A stretch of 24,000 bases of DNA, taken from contig JABSRQ010000026.1 of the NCBI GenBank assembly GCA_013215055.1, positions 28,109 to 52,108 on the forward strand, given 5' to 3'. The position numbers and the translations under genes are program-made. Shown here piece after piece: positions 1 through 9,115 of the stretch. How positions within the stretch are numbered: the first letter of the stretch is position 1; each line of letters starts with the position of its first letter. This stretch comes from Pseudomonadales bacterium (GTDB taxonomy: Bacteria; Pseudomonadota; Gammaproteobacteria; Pseudomonadales; DT-91). The notes beneath the pieces were generated by a model. The model did no database searches and was not told the DNA's origin. It saw only the letters and a list, made by a program, of their open reading frames with translations.

Positions 1-124
1 AAAACGGGGGCTAAAACTAACATTTTCATCTTTGTTCTGTAAATGGCCAATTCTTGTGAACTTTACTGCGCAGTCTGCGTTGAATTAACTAAACTTTAAA
101 AAAAGCGCTAAAGAGGCCAGGGTT

Positions 125-1006
125 ATGGCAGATGTGAGACAGTTTATCGGTGAGATTCACAATATTCCGAATATTCCCCGAGTGATTCAGGAATTAATTG
201 ATAGTTTTAATGATGAAGACATTGATGTCAGTGATATCACCGATAAAATTGCGATGGATCAGAGTTTAAGTTTGAAAATTTTGCGTATGGCTAATTCCAG
301 TTATTACGGCCATAGTCGCGAGGTGTCATCGATGACCGATGCGGTGATGACGCTGGGTTTTAAAACCTTAAAGAGCCTGGTATTAACCACCGGTGTCACC
401 GGCGCTTTCAGGAATTGTGTGGGTTTTGATATCAAGGGTTTCTGGCGTCAGAGTTTTAGAACCGCAGCTTTAGCTAGGGAGTTGGTGATTGAGCAACGTA
501 AAAGCCAGGGTAAGGCGTGTTTGTTAGATGCGGAAACGGCCTTTACCTGTGGCTTGATGCATAACCTGGGTGAGGTATTAATTCATTTACATTCACCGGT
601 TTCGGCTAAGCGTATTGACGAGCTGGTGGATTCTGGCAGCGATAGGGTGCAGTTGCAATTGGCCGAGTGGGGGGTGAGTTATCCTATACTCGGTGAGGAG
701 CTGGCCAGAAATTGGCGTTTACCGGAGGTGATTTGCATGGCGATTGCCAATCAAAATGATTTGCTGACCGGTGTGCAGGATGCGGATTTTTTAAATAAAA
801 ATGTGCTTTTGGTGATCTCGGAATATGCCCAGGTTTTATATGTGGCTAAAACCCTGGCCGAAAACCATGATAGCCGCGGCATTCAAACCCAGTTTAAAAA
901 CTACCTGCCGGAAGAGACCAGTGGTGAATTGCTGGGCAGTATCGAGACTTTATTTCAGCGCCTGGATATTTCTGAATTATCCCAGTCTCTGGATGCCATG
1001 ATTTAG
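125..1006 (+). CDS. HDOD domain-containing signalling protein (stand-alone HDOD)
   Basis: 293-aa ORF. AGAGG at 112-116 lies 8 nt before the ATG. The N-terminal pattern IPRVIQELIDSF...DITDKIAMDQSLSLKILRMANSSYYG...VSSMTDAVMTLGFKTLKSLVL and the later GLMHNLG are typical of HDOD (HD-related output domain) proteins. Confidence 0.8.
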   Translation: MADVRQFIGEIHNIPNIPRVIQELIDSFNDEDIDVSDITDKIAMDQSLSLKILRMANSSYYGHSREVSSMTDAVMTLGFKTLKSLVLTTGVTGAFRNCVGFDIKGFWRQSFRTAALARELVIEQRKSQGKACLLDAETAFTCGLMHNLGEVLIHLHSPVSAKRIDELVDSGSDRVQLQLAEWGVSYPILGEELARNWRLPEVICMAIANQNDLLTGVQDADFLNKNVLLVISEYAQVLYVAKTLAENHDSRGIQTQFKNYLPEETSGELLGSIETLFQRLDISELSQSLDAMI

Positions 1007-3180
1007 AGGTCTTTAGGCCTGCCTATATCAGCTTGGCTGTAATCACAGACGCCCAGGGGGAATATCTGGCTTAGCTCTGACAGGTGTTTTTTGCTCAGGT
1101 TTTTTCCATACAAACCTTTGTCGAAGGCGCTTTGCACGGGCATGAGTTGGCATTTAAATAGATCACCTGCCCAGCCTCCGCCTGCTTGAATGCGGCTATT
1201 ACTAAAAATTGGATAGACCTTGCTACATAAGCCGTGGCTTTTATTATTCCATGCACCATGCCAAACGGTGTTGCCGGTGGCGATAATCTGACCGGTTTCA
1301 TCGAAGCAGCTGTCTTGTAAATTTTTTGGTTTAGCGTCATTGACGGAGATGTCTGGGTTTTCCTTCAGTGTTGTCAGCCATCGATCCATGGCCTCAAAGC
1401 CTGCATCAACCGGGTAATAGTCTTTATCGGCAATCCAGATAATCTGATTGTCATGATGGCCGTTGGCGGCCAGCAGCCTGAGGCGGGTATAAAAAGAAGC
1501 CGAGGTATGGTGCATATCCAGCTTTTTTTCCAGATAATGGCGTATATCCAATACAGGCAGGGAGATGCGTCCGATAAATACCTGCCCGCTGCGATAGGCT
1601 GTCTGCATGGCTTCTATGGCACCTTTGCGTCTTGGGGCAATATCGGTGTTTTCATCCACTTCGGTAATATTATGCCGGCCCCATAGCGATAACCACAAGG
1701 GTAGTTTTTTGCCCAGGGCGGTAAATATCCGCTCGGGCTGCATTTGGTGCTGCGACTTCCAGGCGCCAATCTTGCGGTTGATATCCAAAAATTCATGGGC
1801 TGAGAGTTGGCCGGCTTTTAATGCTTGCAGGCCATATTGCACACCTTCATTATCCCAGGTGGTTTTAGCCATATTGTGCTCGTCGACGCCATAAAGCTCG
1901 ATCATATCCTGCCAGTAACTCCAGCTAACCTTTTTGATTAAGCTGGGATGAAAGAAGTCCTTGATAAAACCCTGGCGGGGATTATTGATATAGCTGGCTA
2001 AGCCAAAATAACCTTGAATACATTCACTGTTCCCGCTGGGAATATAGGGGAATACCCCCGCCATCAGTTGATTGATAGGCTGCATAAATTTAAATCGCTG
2101 TTGCATATCCTGGCTGGTGTTCATGCCTTCTATCCATTGGCGGTCATGCCAATTTTGCCAGCGGCCGATATTGTCGCTACGGAAGGTGAAATAATTATTC
2201 AGTAGGTCGCAATCCAGCGCATAGGTGGTTTGTGTCACCATATCGGGGTAGGAATACAGGGGTAATAATCCATCAAGTATGTTGCTGCTATTCTGAGCAA
2301 TTAAATATTGCGCCAGGCCGCCGCCAGAGCCGCCTACGCCAACGGTATACAGCGGCTCACCGTAGAGGCTGGTAAATTGCTTTTTAACCCGTCTGGCCGT
2401 GTCTTCGGCGAGTAGCATATTGTAGTGATAGCTGGTTTTATTGCCGCTGGAACTGATCACGGCATAGCCTTTCATGAGTTGTTTGGAAAGGCGTTTCATC
2501 ACCCTGCTGGCTCTCAATCGGCCTTGCCTATGGCCAATGCCAGAGCCGCCATGAAATTGGTAGATAAGCCGCTTATTCCACTGTGACTGAGCCTGCCGGT
2601 CGCCTATCTCGTCAAAGGTAATGGGCATGGTGAGGGTGTAAATATAACGATTGATTGTGCCCTGTTCAATCCTAAGCCAGTGATGGCTTTTTTGCTCTGC
2701 TGCGCTGAGTGATGCGATATAGGCCTCGTCCGCCTTAAGCCAGCGGCTACCGTCTTGGGAATAATAATAGAGTAGCCGTGAGGCCACGGAGCAATCTTTG
2801 CTGTAGCCGATAATGTTATTACGGGATTCTATAACGTCATAAACCGGTACACCCAGGCCCTGTTGATTATCCACTAATGGCTGGCCTAGGCCGGAATCCA
2901 GCGTCATGCAATAAAAAGGATATTGTGATTTACCTGAATAAAGCGTTTTTATGGGGCCTACGGCTGCCAGCGGGATGGGGAAGTTAAAATCTTCGATGGG
3001 GCGGGGGCTACGGCTGATATGGCCTTGAATATCTAATAGGTAGTTGTCAGTGGCGGTGGCTATCGCTTTGACCTGGCGGTGGGTGTATTTTGAGGGGATG
3101 AGGTTAAGGTAGGTAATGCTTGCGATAATGATCAGGACAAGACTTAAAGAGATCCATTTTAACAGTAACTTGATGCGCAT
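1003..3180 (-). CDS. Large N-terminally anchored or secreted serine-hydrolase-like protein, function unknown (possibly tannase/feruloyl-esterase-like or DUF6351-like)
   Basis: 725-aa ORF with one N-terminal hydrophobic segment (WISLSLVLIIIASITYLNL). It has a G-x-S-x-G-type motif (VGVGGSGGGLAQY) and a Cys-containing C-terminal motif (KCQLMP...FPLGVCDYSQ). The family assignment is from memory only. GAGG lies 9 nt before the ATG, and the gene starts 35 nt downstream of the SGNH gene. Confidence 0.6.
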   Translation of the reverse strand: MRIKLLLKWISLSLVLIIIASITYLNLIPSKYTHRQVKAIATATDNYLLDIQGHISRSPRPIEDFNFPIPLAAVGPIKTLYSGKSQYPFYCMTLDSGLGQPLVDNQQGLGVPVYDVIESRNNIIGYSKDCSVASRLLYYYSQDGSRWLKADEAYIASLSAAEQKSHHWLRIEQGTINRYIYTLTMPITFDEIGDRQAQSQWNKRLIYQFHGGSGIGHRQGRLRASRVMKRLSKQLMKGYAVISSSGNKTSYHYNMLLAEDTARRVKKQFTSLYGEPLYTVGVGGSGGGLAQYLIAQNSSNILDGLLPLYSYPDMVTQTTYALDCDLLNNYFTFRSDNIGRWQNWHDRQWIEGMNTSQDMQQRFKFMQPINQLMAGVFPYIPSGNSECIQGYFGLASYINNPRQGFIKDFFHPSLIKKVSWSYWQDMIELYGVDEHNMAKTTWDNEGVQYGLQALKAGQLSAHEFLDINRKIGAWKSQHQMQPERIFTALGKKLPLWLSLWGRHNITEVDENTDIAPRRKGAIEAMQTAYRSGQVFIGRISLPVLDIRHYLEKKLDMHHTSASFYTRLRLLAANGHHDNQIIWIADKDYYPVDAGFEAMDRWLTTLKENPDISVNDAKPKNLQDSCFDETGQIIATGNTVWHGAWNNKSHGLCSKVYPIFSNSRIQAGGGWAGDLFKCQLMPVQSAFDKGLYGKNLSKKHLSELSQIFPLGVCDYSQADIGRPKDL

Positions 3181-3215
3181 TCTAAAATACCTCGCCAGCG
3201 AGTCTTAATTAAAGT

Positions 3216-3947
3216 CTAGTTGAAACTTGGCAATAGCGTCTTTTCATATTGTAGTTCAATCGCGTTGACAATAGGGCGAATGATATTTTTCCATATTTCA
3301 TAACCCTGTGTATTCATATGCAGATTATCTGCGATAAATAATTCCGGCCTGATCTGGCCTTTTTTATTCAGCATGGGCTGGGTGATATCAATAAATGTAA
3401 TGAGTTTATCTTGCTGTGCCAATAAACTTAAATAGTGGTTTAGCTTTAAAAAATCATTTGTGTGCTTGGCTCTTGCTGGGCTTAATTTACTGGAGATAAG
3501 ATATATTCTTAAGCTTGGATTTTTTTTGCGTAATGCAGAGATCAGCATTTTGAATGTTAATAACACATCTTCAGGTGTTATCCCTCTATCAATATCGTTT
3601 TCACCTTCATAGATAACCACGGCTCGGGGGGTGTAGGCCGTTATTATTCGGTTGGAAAAATAGAGCAGGTCGTAAGTGGTGCTGCCACCAAAACCGCGGG
3701 CAATAATGGTGAGCGGGGCAAGGTCTTGATGAATATTGTTATGCCATAACATGATGGATGAGCTGCCCGTAACCACGATAGCCTCTGAGGGCGGAAAAAC
3801 TTTTTTATCTGAAGCTTCAAAATTCAGTATGGTCTTTTCAAACCGGGAGGGATCTGGATATTTATCCGATGTTTTAAGGGGCGCGGCGGCAAGTGGCCAG
3901 CTAATAAATAAAATAAAATAAAGGCAGAGCAAGTTAGATAAAGACAT
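3216..3947 (-). CDS. Secreted SGNH/GDSL-family esterase (acetylesterase/lipase-like)
   Basis: 243-aa ORF with a signal peptide (LCLYFILFISWPLAAAP). SGNH blocks are present: VVTGSSSIMLW (block I Ser), ARGFGGSTT (block II Gly), YEGENDI (block III GxND) and ADNLHMN (block V DxxH). Confidence 0.8.
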   Translation of the reverse strand: MSLSNLLCLYFILFISWPLAAAPLKTSDKYPDPSRFEKTILNFEASDKKVFPPSEAIVVTGSSSIMLWHNNIHQDLAPLTIIARGFGGSTTYDLLYFSNRIITAYTPRAVVIYEGENDIDRGITPEDVLLTFKMLISALRKKNPSLRIYLISSKLSPARAKHTNDFLKLNHYLSLLAQQDKLITFIDITQPMLNKKGQIRPELFIADNLHMNTQGYEIWKNIIRPIVNAIELQYEKTLLPSFN

Positions 3948-3965
3948 TATCGCGACCTTTAAAAA

Positions 3966-4712
3966 CTAATTATTTAACGTGCGGCCACCATCTACGGCGA
4001 TAATTTGGCCGGTGATATAGGGCGCTTGCCGTGCTAAAAATAGTGCGGTATTAGCGATGTCTTCAGGGGTTCCTGTGCGGCTAAGGCTGATTCTGTCCAG
4101 AATTTCCTGTTGCTGCTGCTCGCCAAAATCGTCTTGTTCTGGCCATAAAATAGCCCCTGGAGAAATGCCATTTACGCGGATGTCAGGGCCTAATTCCTTG
4201 GCTAACGATTTGGTCATCATCGCTAAGCCCGCTTTAGCGATGCTGTATATAGGGTGGTTTTTTAACGGCCTGTCGCTGTGAATATCAACAATGTTGATGA
4301 TATTACCTTGCTGGATTTTTAAGCTTGGGATTAATGCCTGGGATAAAAAGAACGCGCCTTTAACATTGGCGTTGATTAAATCATCCCATTGTAGCTCGGT
4401 ACATGTGTTGAGTTCGGTTGCATAGAAACTGGAGGCGTTGTTGATCAGACAGTCCAGTTGCCCCCAGGCTAGATGGGCATCTTCGGCCAGTTTTTCCACC
4501 TCTTCTAGTTTATTTAAATCGGCTTGAAAGCCGATGGCTGAATCGGCCCGTTGATGATTTAATTCATCCACCAATAACAGGGCCTGCGTTTCAGAGTGGC
4601 GGTAATGTACAACGATATTAAACCCTGCATGATGAAACGTTTTGGCGATCTCAGCCCCAATACGCTGCGCGCCACCGGTAATCAATACGACCTTATTTTC
4701 AACGTTAGTCAT
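3966..4712 (-). CDS. Pteridine reductase / dihydromonapterin reductase-like short-chain dehydrogenase (FolM/PTR1-like SDR)
   Basis: 248-aa ORF. It has the TGGAQRIG cofactor motif typical of the PTR1/FolM subgroup, NNAS, catalytic YSIAKAG (YxxxK) and C-terminal [11 protein letters not shown]. Its start overlaps the cca stop by 8 nt (4705-4712). Confidence 0.75.
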   Translation of the reverse strand: MTNVENKVVLITGGAQRIGAEIAKTFHHAGFNIVVHYRHSETQALLLVDELNHQRADSAIGFQADLNKLEEVEKLAEDAHLAWGQLDCLINNASSFYATELNTCTELQWDDLINANVKGAFFLSQALIPSLKIQQGNIINIVDIHSDRPLKNHPIYSIAKAGLAMMTKSLAKELGPDIRVNGISPGAILWPEQDDFGEQQQQEILDRISLSRTGTPEDIANTALFLARQAPYITGQIIAVDGGRTLNN

Positions 4713-5952
4713 TTTCAGCCTGCTCGAGTTGATGTTGCTTGCGTAGCTTGTTGATGATGCTAATGCGCGCCTGGCTTAATGCCTGGCCAATTTCCGGGCC
4801 TTTGAGGCCTTCTATATTAATGTCTTTTACCTGGAGGTTTTTTACCGCCTCAAAGGCCTCGGTCAGATAGCTTCGCTGCGGATAATCACGTTGTTCAAAA
4901 CCTTTTCGGCCTCTGGCATCGGCCTCACAAGCCAATAAAAACAAGGGCAGGCGTTCAGGCTTACGATAGAGATCCAGCGATTTAAACAGTTTTTGCACGG
5001 TTTTGGCTTTTAGCTCAAACGCTTTATGGCTGTGTAGATGATACTCACACACCAACACGGCCAGATCACGAATATCATTGGGAATACGTAAACGCTGACA
5101 GAGTTGTTTAACTAATTTTATGCCGCGTTTTTCATGTTGAATATGGCGTGGCCATTCATCGGCAGGTGTGATGGCCTTGCCTAGGTCGTGGGTTAATGCC
5201 GCAAAACGTACGGCTATATCGCTGGATAATAATGTCGCCTGCTGCAATACCATCAGTGTGTGAATGCCTGTATCGATTTCAGGATGATGAATTTCAGTTT
5301 GTGGCACACCAAATAAAGCCTCAATTTCGGGAAATAAAATCGTCAACGCGCCGCAGTCTTTTAAGACTTGAAAGTAGACATCACAGTGTTCGGTTTTTAA
5401 GGCTTTTTCAGTCTCTACCCAGATGCGTTCGGCGGCAATGCTGTTCAGCTCTTCTTTATTGCTCATGGTGCTCATCAAGGCCATGGTTTCATCGGCGATG
5501 CTAAAACCTAAGTGTGCAAAGCGTGCGGCAAAGCGGGCGACCCGTAATATACGTAAAGGGTCTTCTGAAAATGCGGCAGAGACATGGCGTAAGCACTTGT
5601 TTTTGATATCGCTCAGGCCGTTGTAGGGGTCGATGATATTGCCATTATCATCTTCAACCATCGCGTTGATGGTTAAATCTCGCCTTAATAAATCTTCTTC
5701 TAAAGTGACATGGGCATCACTGAAGCAGCTAAAGCCTGTATAACCGGTGGCTATTTTGCGCTCGGTTCTGGCCAGTGCATATTCTTCGTGGCTTTTAGGG
5801 TGTAAAAAAACCGGGAAGTCTTTGCCAACCTGTTCAAAGCCTTGTTTCAGCATGTCATCGACGGTTGCGCCGGTCACAAGCCAGTCTCTATCGTAAACCG
5901 GTAACTGCAATTGTTTGTCGCGTACGGCACCGCCCACAAGATATGTTTTCAT
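4705..5952 (-). CDS. cca: Multifunctional CCA-adding tRNA nucleotidyltransferase with HD phosphohydrolase domain
   Basis: 415-aa ORF. The N-terminus [30 protein letters not shown] and RRDLTINA match class II CCA-adding enzymes. The C-terminal half carries HD-domain residues ([11 protein letters not shown]...LTHDLGK). Confidence 0.95.
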   Translation of the reverse strand: MKTYLVGGAVRDKQLQLPVYDRDWLVTGATVDDMLKQGFEQVGKDFPVFLHPKSHEEYALARTERKIATGYTGFSCFSDAHVTLEEDLLRRDLTINAMVEDDNGNIIDPYNGLSDIKNKCLRHVSAAFSEDPLRILRVARFAARFAHLGFSIADETMALMSTMSNKEELNSIAAERIWVETEKALKTEHCDVYFQVLKDCGALTILFPEIEALFGVPQTEIHHPEIDTGIHTLMVLQQATLLSSDIAVRFAALTHDLGKAITPADEWPRHIQHEKRGIKLVKQLCQRLRIPNDIRDLAVLVCEYHLHSHKAFELKAKTVQKLFKSLDLYRKPERLPLFLLACEADARGRKGFEQRDYPQRSYLTEAFEAVKNLQVKDINIEGLKGPEIGQALSQARISIINKLRKQHQLEQAEND

Positions 5953-6044
5953 GATTTTTTAATGGCTTACGTGTTTTATGGCATCATAACGTAGCGCCCA
6001 TCAATGCGCAGTGTTTAGTCTTGAAAAATGATGTTTATAAAAGC

Positions 6045-6401
6045 TTAATGTTGAGTATCTTCCCCGTGTGCCAGTGTATTTATGTCGGTCAATGACTGGC
6101 TTAACGAGCATTGCAGCGCATGTAATTGTTGATTGGCTATTTTGGGGTCTTGCTCCTGATCCTCGCGGGGTAATTTAATGGCTTCCAGTTGATGTAATTT
6201 GGCGTCGATATCGGAGCGTAAGCCGTTATTTCGTTTGAGGTATATTTTCTCTACCAGCTTCTCATTGCTTAGCACTAAATGAATAGCGTCTTCGATTAAC
6301 CAGTCGGGGTGTTTGGCGATGGTGGTGACTATCGGTGCTGACATGGCTTTCTGTCGATTGATAAAGCTGGCGACATCATAAGCTGGTTTTTCTGAGTCCA
6401 T
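6045..6401 (-). CDS. Hypothetical protein (no family recognised)
   Basis: 118-aa ORF in the same orientation as its neighbours, filling the apaH-cca gap. G+C is similar to the flanks (28/60 in one hand-counted line). The SD is weak, and an internal Met at codon 20 is an alternative start. No motif recognised. Confidence 0.5.
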   Translation of the reverse strand: MDSEKPAYDVASFINRQKAMSAPIVTTIAKHPDWLIEDAIHLVLSNEKLVEKIYLKRNNGLRSDIDAKLHQLEAIKLPREDQEQDPKIANQQLHALQCSLSQSLTDINTLAHGEDTQH

Positions 6402-6492
6402 TATTAGCCCATATTTAATGGTAAGAAATTAAGTCGGTATAAACACTTAAAAAGTGTAGTACAAAAAATCTATGAAAACAGAGGGGGATTAC

Positions 6493-7305
6493 TTAGGTGC
6501 TGTGGCGGCAGTCACAGCTAAATAACTGTTCGTCATCCAAGCGTAACAGAGTTAATTGTCCACCCCATACGCAGCCGGTATCTAGCGCATAAAGATTTAT
6601 AGCATGACAATGGCCTTCCAGTGAAGCCCAGTGACCAAACAAAATTTTATGATGTTCGGCTTTGCGTTGTGGCACTTCAAACCATGGTATTGTGCCCAGT
6701 TTAGCGGTTTCCGGGCCTTGTTTATTAGTTAAATCCAGTTGCCCATCCAGCCGACAGAAACGCATACGGGTAAAATAATTGGTGATACAGCGTAAGCGAT
6801 CTATGCCTTGTAAATCATCTTGCCAGCGATTCGGGAGATTACCGTACATCTGTGCAAAATACGCTGGGTAATGATCACCGCGTAATACCGTTTCAACTTC
6901 GTGGGCATATTCCAACGCTTGAGGAATACTCCAATGTGGGTGGATACCCGCATGCACCAGAGCAAAGCCGTGTTCGTAGTGCATCAATGGGCGATGACGC
7001 AGCCAGTGCAAAAGAGTGTCTCTATCGGGCGCATCAAGAATGGCTTGTAAGGTGTCTGTGGGTTTAAGTTCGGCATCGGAAAATGCCACCGCCAGTAAGT
7101 GTAAATCATGATTGCCTAACACGGTGATGCAGCTATCGCCCAGCGTATGAATAAAACGCAGGGTTTCCAGGCAGGCCGGGCCTCGATTGATAATATCTCC
7201 GGCACACCAGAGAATATCTTTTTTGCTGTCGAAATTTACCTTTTCTAATAGGCATTTCAGGCTGGGTAAACAGCCTTGAATATCGCCAACAGCATAAGTC
7301 GCCAT
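6493..7305 (-). CDS. apaH: Bis(5'-nucleosyl)-tetraphosphatase, symmetrical (Ap4A hydrolase)
   Basis: 270-aa ORF with calcineurin-like metallophosphatase motifs: MATYAVGDIQGC, GDIINRGP, GNHDLHLL. It sits directly downstream of apaG, as in E. coli. Confidence 0.95.
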   Translation of the reverse strand: MATYAVGDIQGCLPSLKCLLEKVNFDSKKDILWCAGDIINRGPACLETLRFIHTLGDSCITVLGNHDLHLLAVAFSDAELKPTDTLQAILDAPDRDTLLHWLRHRPLMHYEHGFALVHAGIHPHWSIPQALEYAHEVETVLRGDHYPAYFAQMYGNLPNRWQDDLQGIDRLRCITNYFTRMRFCRLDGQLDLTNKQGPETAKLGTIPWFEVPQRKAEHHKILFGHWASLEGHCHAINLYALDTGCVWGGQLTLLRLDDEQLFSCDCRHST

Positions 7306-7323
7306 GTTTTGTCCGGGTATTTT

Positions 7324-7731
7324 TTAGTGAAGGATGGCAGGATTGGCTAAGGTGAAAGCCGGTACCGGGGCCTTAAAGACCTCGCCATTATCACTGACAA
7401 AATCGTAATGGCCCTGCATAATGCCGGCGGCTGTTTCAAGAATAGCACCTGAGGTATATTGAAAAGTTTGCATATGGCCTAAATGCGGTTGCTGACCAAT
7501 AACACCTTCGCCTGACACTTCCTGTACCTTGTTATTGGCATCTTCAATATGCCAATAACGGGTCAATAATTTGATGCCTACATGACTGTGATTGGTGATG
7601 GTGATGGTGTATGCAAAGGCATGCAGGTTCTTTTCAGGCTGAGATTCCTGGGCTAAATAATGGGTTTCCACCTCGATTTCAATATCAGGTGTGGTGCTGT
7701 CCGTAGCTTCTAAAACGGGTGATTCAGACAT
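7324..7731 (-). CDS. apaG: ApaG (DUF525) protein
   Basis: 135-aa ORF. The AFAYTITITNHS...LLTRYWHIEDANNKVQEVSGEGVIGQQPHL pattern is typical of ApaG. It lies immediately upstream of apaH. Confidence 0.9.
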   Translation of the reverse strand: MSESPVLEATDSTTPDIEIEVETHYLAQESQPEKNLHAFAYTITITNHSHVGIKLLTRYWHIEDANNKVQEVSGEGVIGQQPHLGHMQTFQYTSGAILETAAGIMQGHYDFVSDNGEVFKAPVPAFTLANPAILH

Positions 7732-7782
7732 AAGAGAAACCTTTGTAACGTAAAGATAGTGGTGCTGGCTGCGAAGTGATGT

Positions 7783-9102
7783 TTAAGTCATCACGCAGTT
7801 TCTGCACTTTTTCTTGGCTCTGTATAAAGCCTGATCCGCCCCTTTCATGACCTGAACGGGGGTTTTTAATGTGCCGTCACGCTGGGCTAGACCGATGCTG
7901 ATTGTAACCGATAAAGACTGCATTTTGCGGGTGTTTTTACTGCGTTTTGCATTATTAGGGCGGTTTTTTATCGATTTCTGCGGTCTCTGTGGGGTTCTTA
8001 GCGCCATGGCATAGTTTTGAATATTCTCTCTAAGTGCTTCGCAGTGCTCCAAGGCATGTTCAGGATCTTTGCCAGGAAAGACCACGGTAAACTCCTCCCC
8101 CCCATAACGAAAGGCGCGCCCACCTCCACCGACCTTGCCGATTTGACTGGCAACCATCTTTAGCACTTCATCACCGATATCGTGGCCGTGGGTATCGTTA
8201 AACTTCTTAAAAAAATCAATATCCAGCATCGCGATGGTGTATTTTCGCCCCAGGCTTAGCTGTAACTGTGTTAAAGCGCGTCGAGACGGCAGTCCGGTGA
8301 GTTCATCTCGATAAGCCATGGCATGTGAGTCCATTAAGATGGATGAGATAATGATGATGGCGGCGACAATCATCAGTAGCGGGATAAAAATGCCACTATC
8401 GGGGCGCATATGAAAGCTGATCAATATGCAATGCAGGGCGATAAAGGTGATATCCAGGCTGGATTTCCGTATTACTAGGCTCAGGCTTTGCAGGCATAAC
8501 ATTAGCGTAAAGCTCGCCAGCAATATAAGTGGTGTTTGTTGGAATAGATGGCTTTGGCTAATGCTTGTAGGCAGGTTTGCGGCCAAGGGGGCTAAGGTAT
8601 TTTCAATGAGAGGCAAAGGTAATAGGGATAATGCTGCCAATTGCAGGGCTAAAAAAGACAGGCGGATAATGCTGTGAATAGAGAAAAACCCACGATCTTT
8701 AAACCCGCTGAAAATAAACAGATTAAGGCTGAAAAGTAGCTGCAGATTAAGTCGCTGATCGCTGGAGATCTGGCTTAGCGCTGCGCGTAGCCCAGGTAGA
8801 CTTGCAGGCAGGTCATCGGCTAATAATAGTAGCGCATTGAAGCCTATAAATAATAAGGCGTAGCTGAGGCGGCTGCGATTAAATTGTAGGCTCAGTAATA
8901 AAGCTGCGGCAAAACTTAATAACGGTAAGGCGACCGTGGTGGTGTTAAGCCAATCTGTAGAAAATTGGCTGACCGTGTTTAAGCTGAGGAAGCAGCCAAA
9001 TAATAATAGTACTGGCAGCAATGTTATAAGATTGCGAAAAGACATTAAATACATGAACGGTAGATGTTTTTTTATTATTTGTTCCAACGCCTCTATAAAC
9101 AA
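7783..9102 (-). CDS. Polytopic membrane diguanylate cyclase (GGDEF domain, GGEEF active site)
   Basis: The N-terminal ~260 aa are Leu/Ser-rich with about 7-8 hydrophobic segments by eye. The C-terminal GGDEF domain has LTGLPSRR, DIDFFKKFNDTHGHDIGDEVL and RYGGEEF. I see no RxxD I-site five residues upstream of GGEEF (the sequence there is RAFR). The start is uncertain: the longest ORF starts at a TTG (9102) inside a hairpin loop, so ATG 9054 (MYLMSF) or ATG 9045 (MSF) are at least as likely. Confidence 0.85.
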   Translation of the reverse strand: MFIEALEQIIKKHLPFMYLMSFRNLITLLPVLLLFGCFLSLNTVSQFSTDWLNTTTVALPLLSFAAALLLSLQFNRSRLSYALLFIGFNALLLLADDLPASLPGLRAALSQISSDQRLNLQLLFSLNLFIFSGFKDRGFFSIHSIIRLSFLALQLAALSLLPLPLIENTLAPLAANLPTSISQSHLFQQTPLILLASFTLMLCLQSLSLVIRKSSLDITFIALHCILISFHMRPDSGIFIPLLMIVAAIIIISSILMDSHAMAYRDELTGLPSRRALTQLQLSLGRKYTIAMLDIDFFKKFNDTHGHDIGDEVLKMVASQIGKVGGGGRAFRYGGEEFTVVFPGKDPEHALEHCEALRENIQNYAMALRTPQRPQKSIKNRPNNAKRSKNTRKMQSLSVTISIGLAQRDGTLKTPVQVMKGADQALYRAKKKCRNCVMT

Positions 9103-9115
9103 GGTAGAGGCGTTG
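9085..9115 (-). promoter_or_regulatory. Perfect 11-bp stem-loop between rsmA and the GGDEF gene
   Basis: CAACGCCTCTA (9085-9095) and TAGAGGCGTTG (9105-9115) are exact reverse complements separated by a 9-nt loop. On the transcribed (minus) strand no U-tract follows, so this is not a canonical intrinsic terminator. Confidence 0.55.

Noticed and set aside
1003-1006. Convergent HDOD gene and large hydrolase gene overlap by 4 nt at their stop codons (TTTAG), leaving no room for a terminator.
   Set aside because: Overlapping convergent stops are not rare in compact genomes. There is no further signal to interpret.
6443-6457. ACACTT-AAA-AAGTGT hairpin downstream of apaH.
   Set aside because: The stem is only 6 bp and AT-rich, with a 3-nt loop and a poor U-tract. 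It is too weak to call a terminator.
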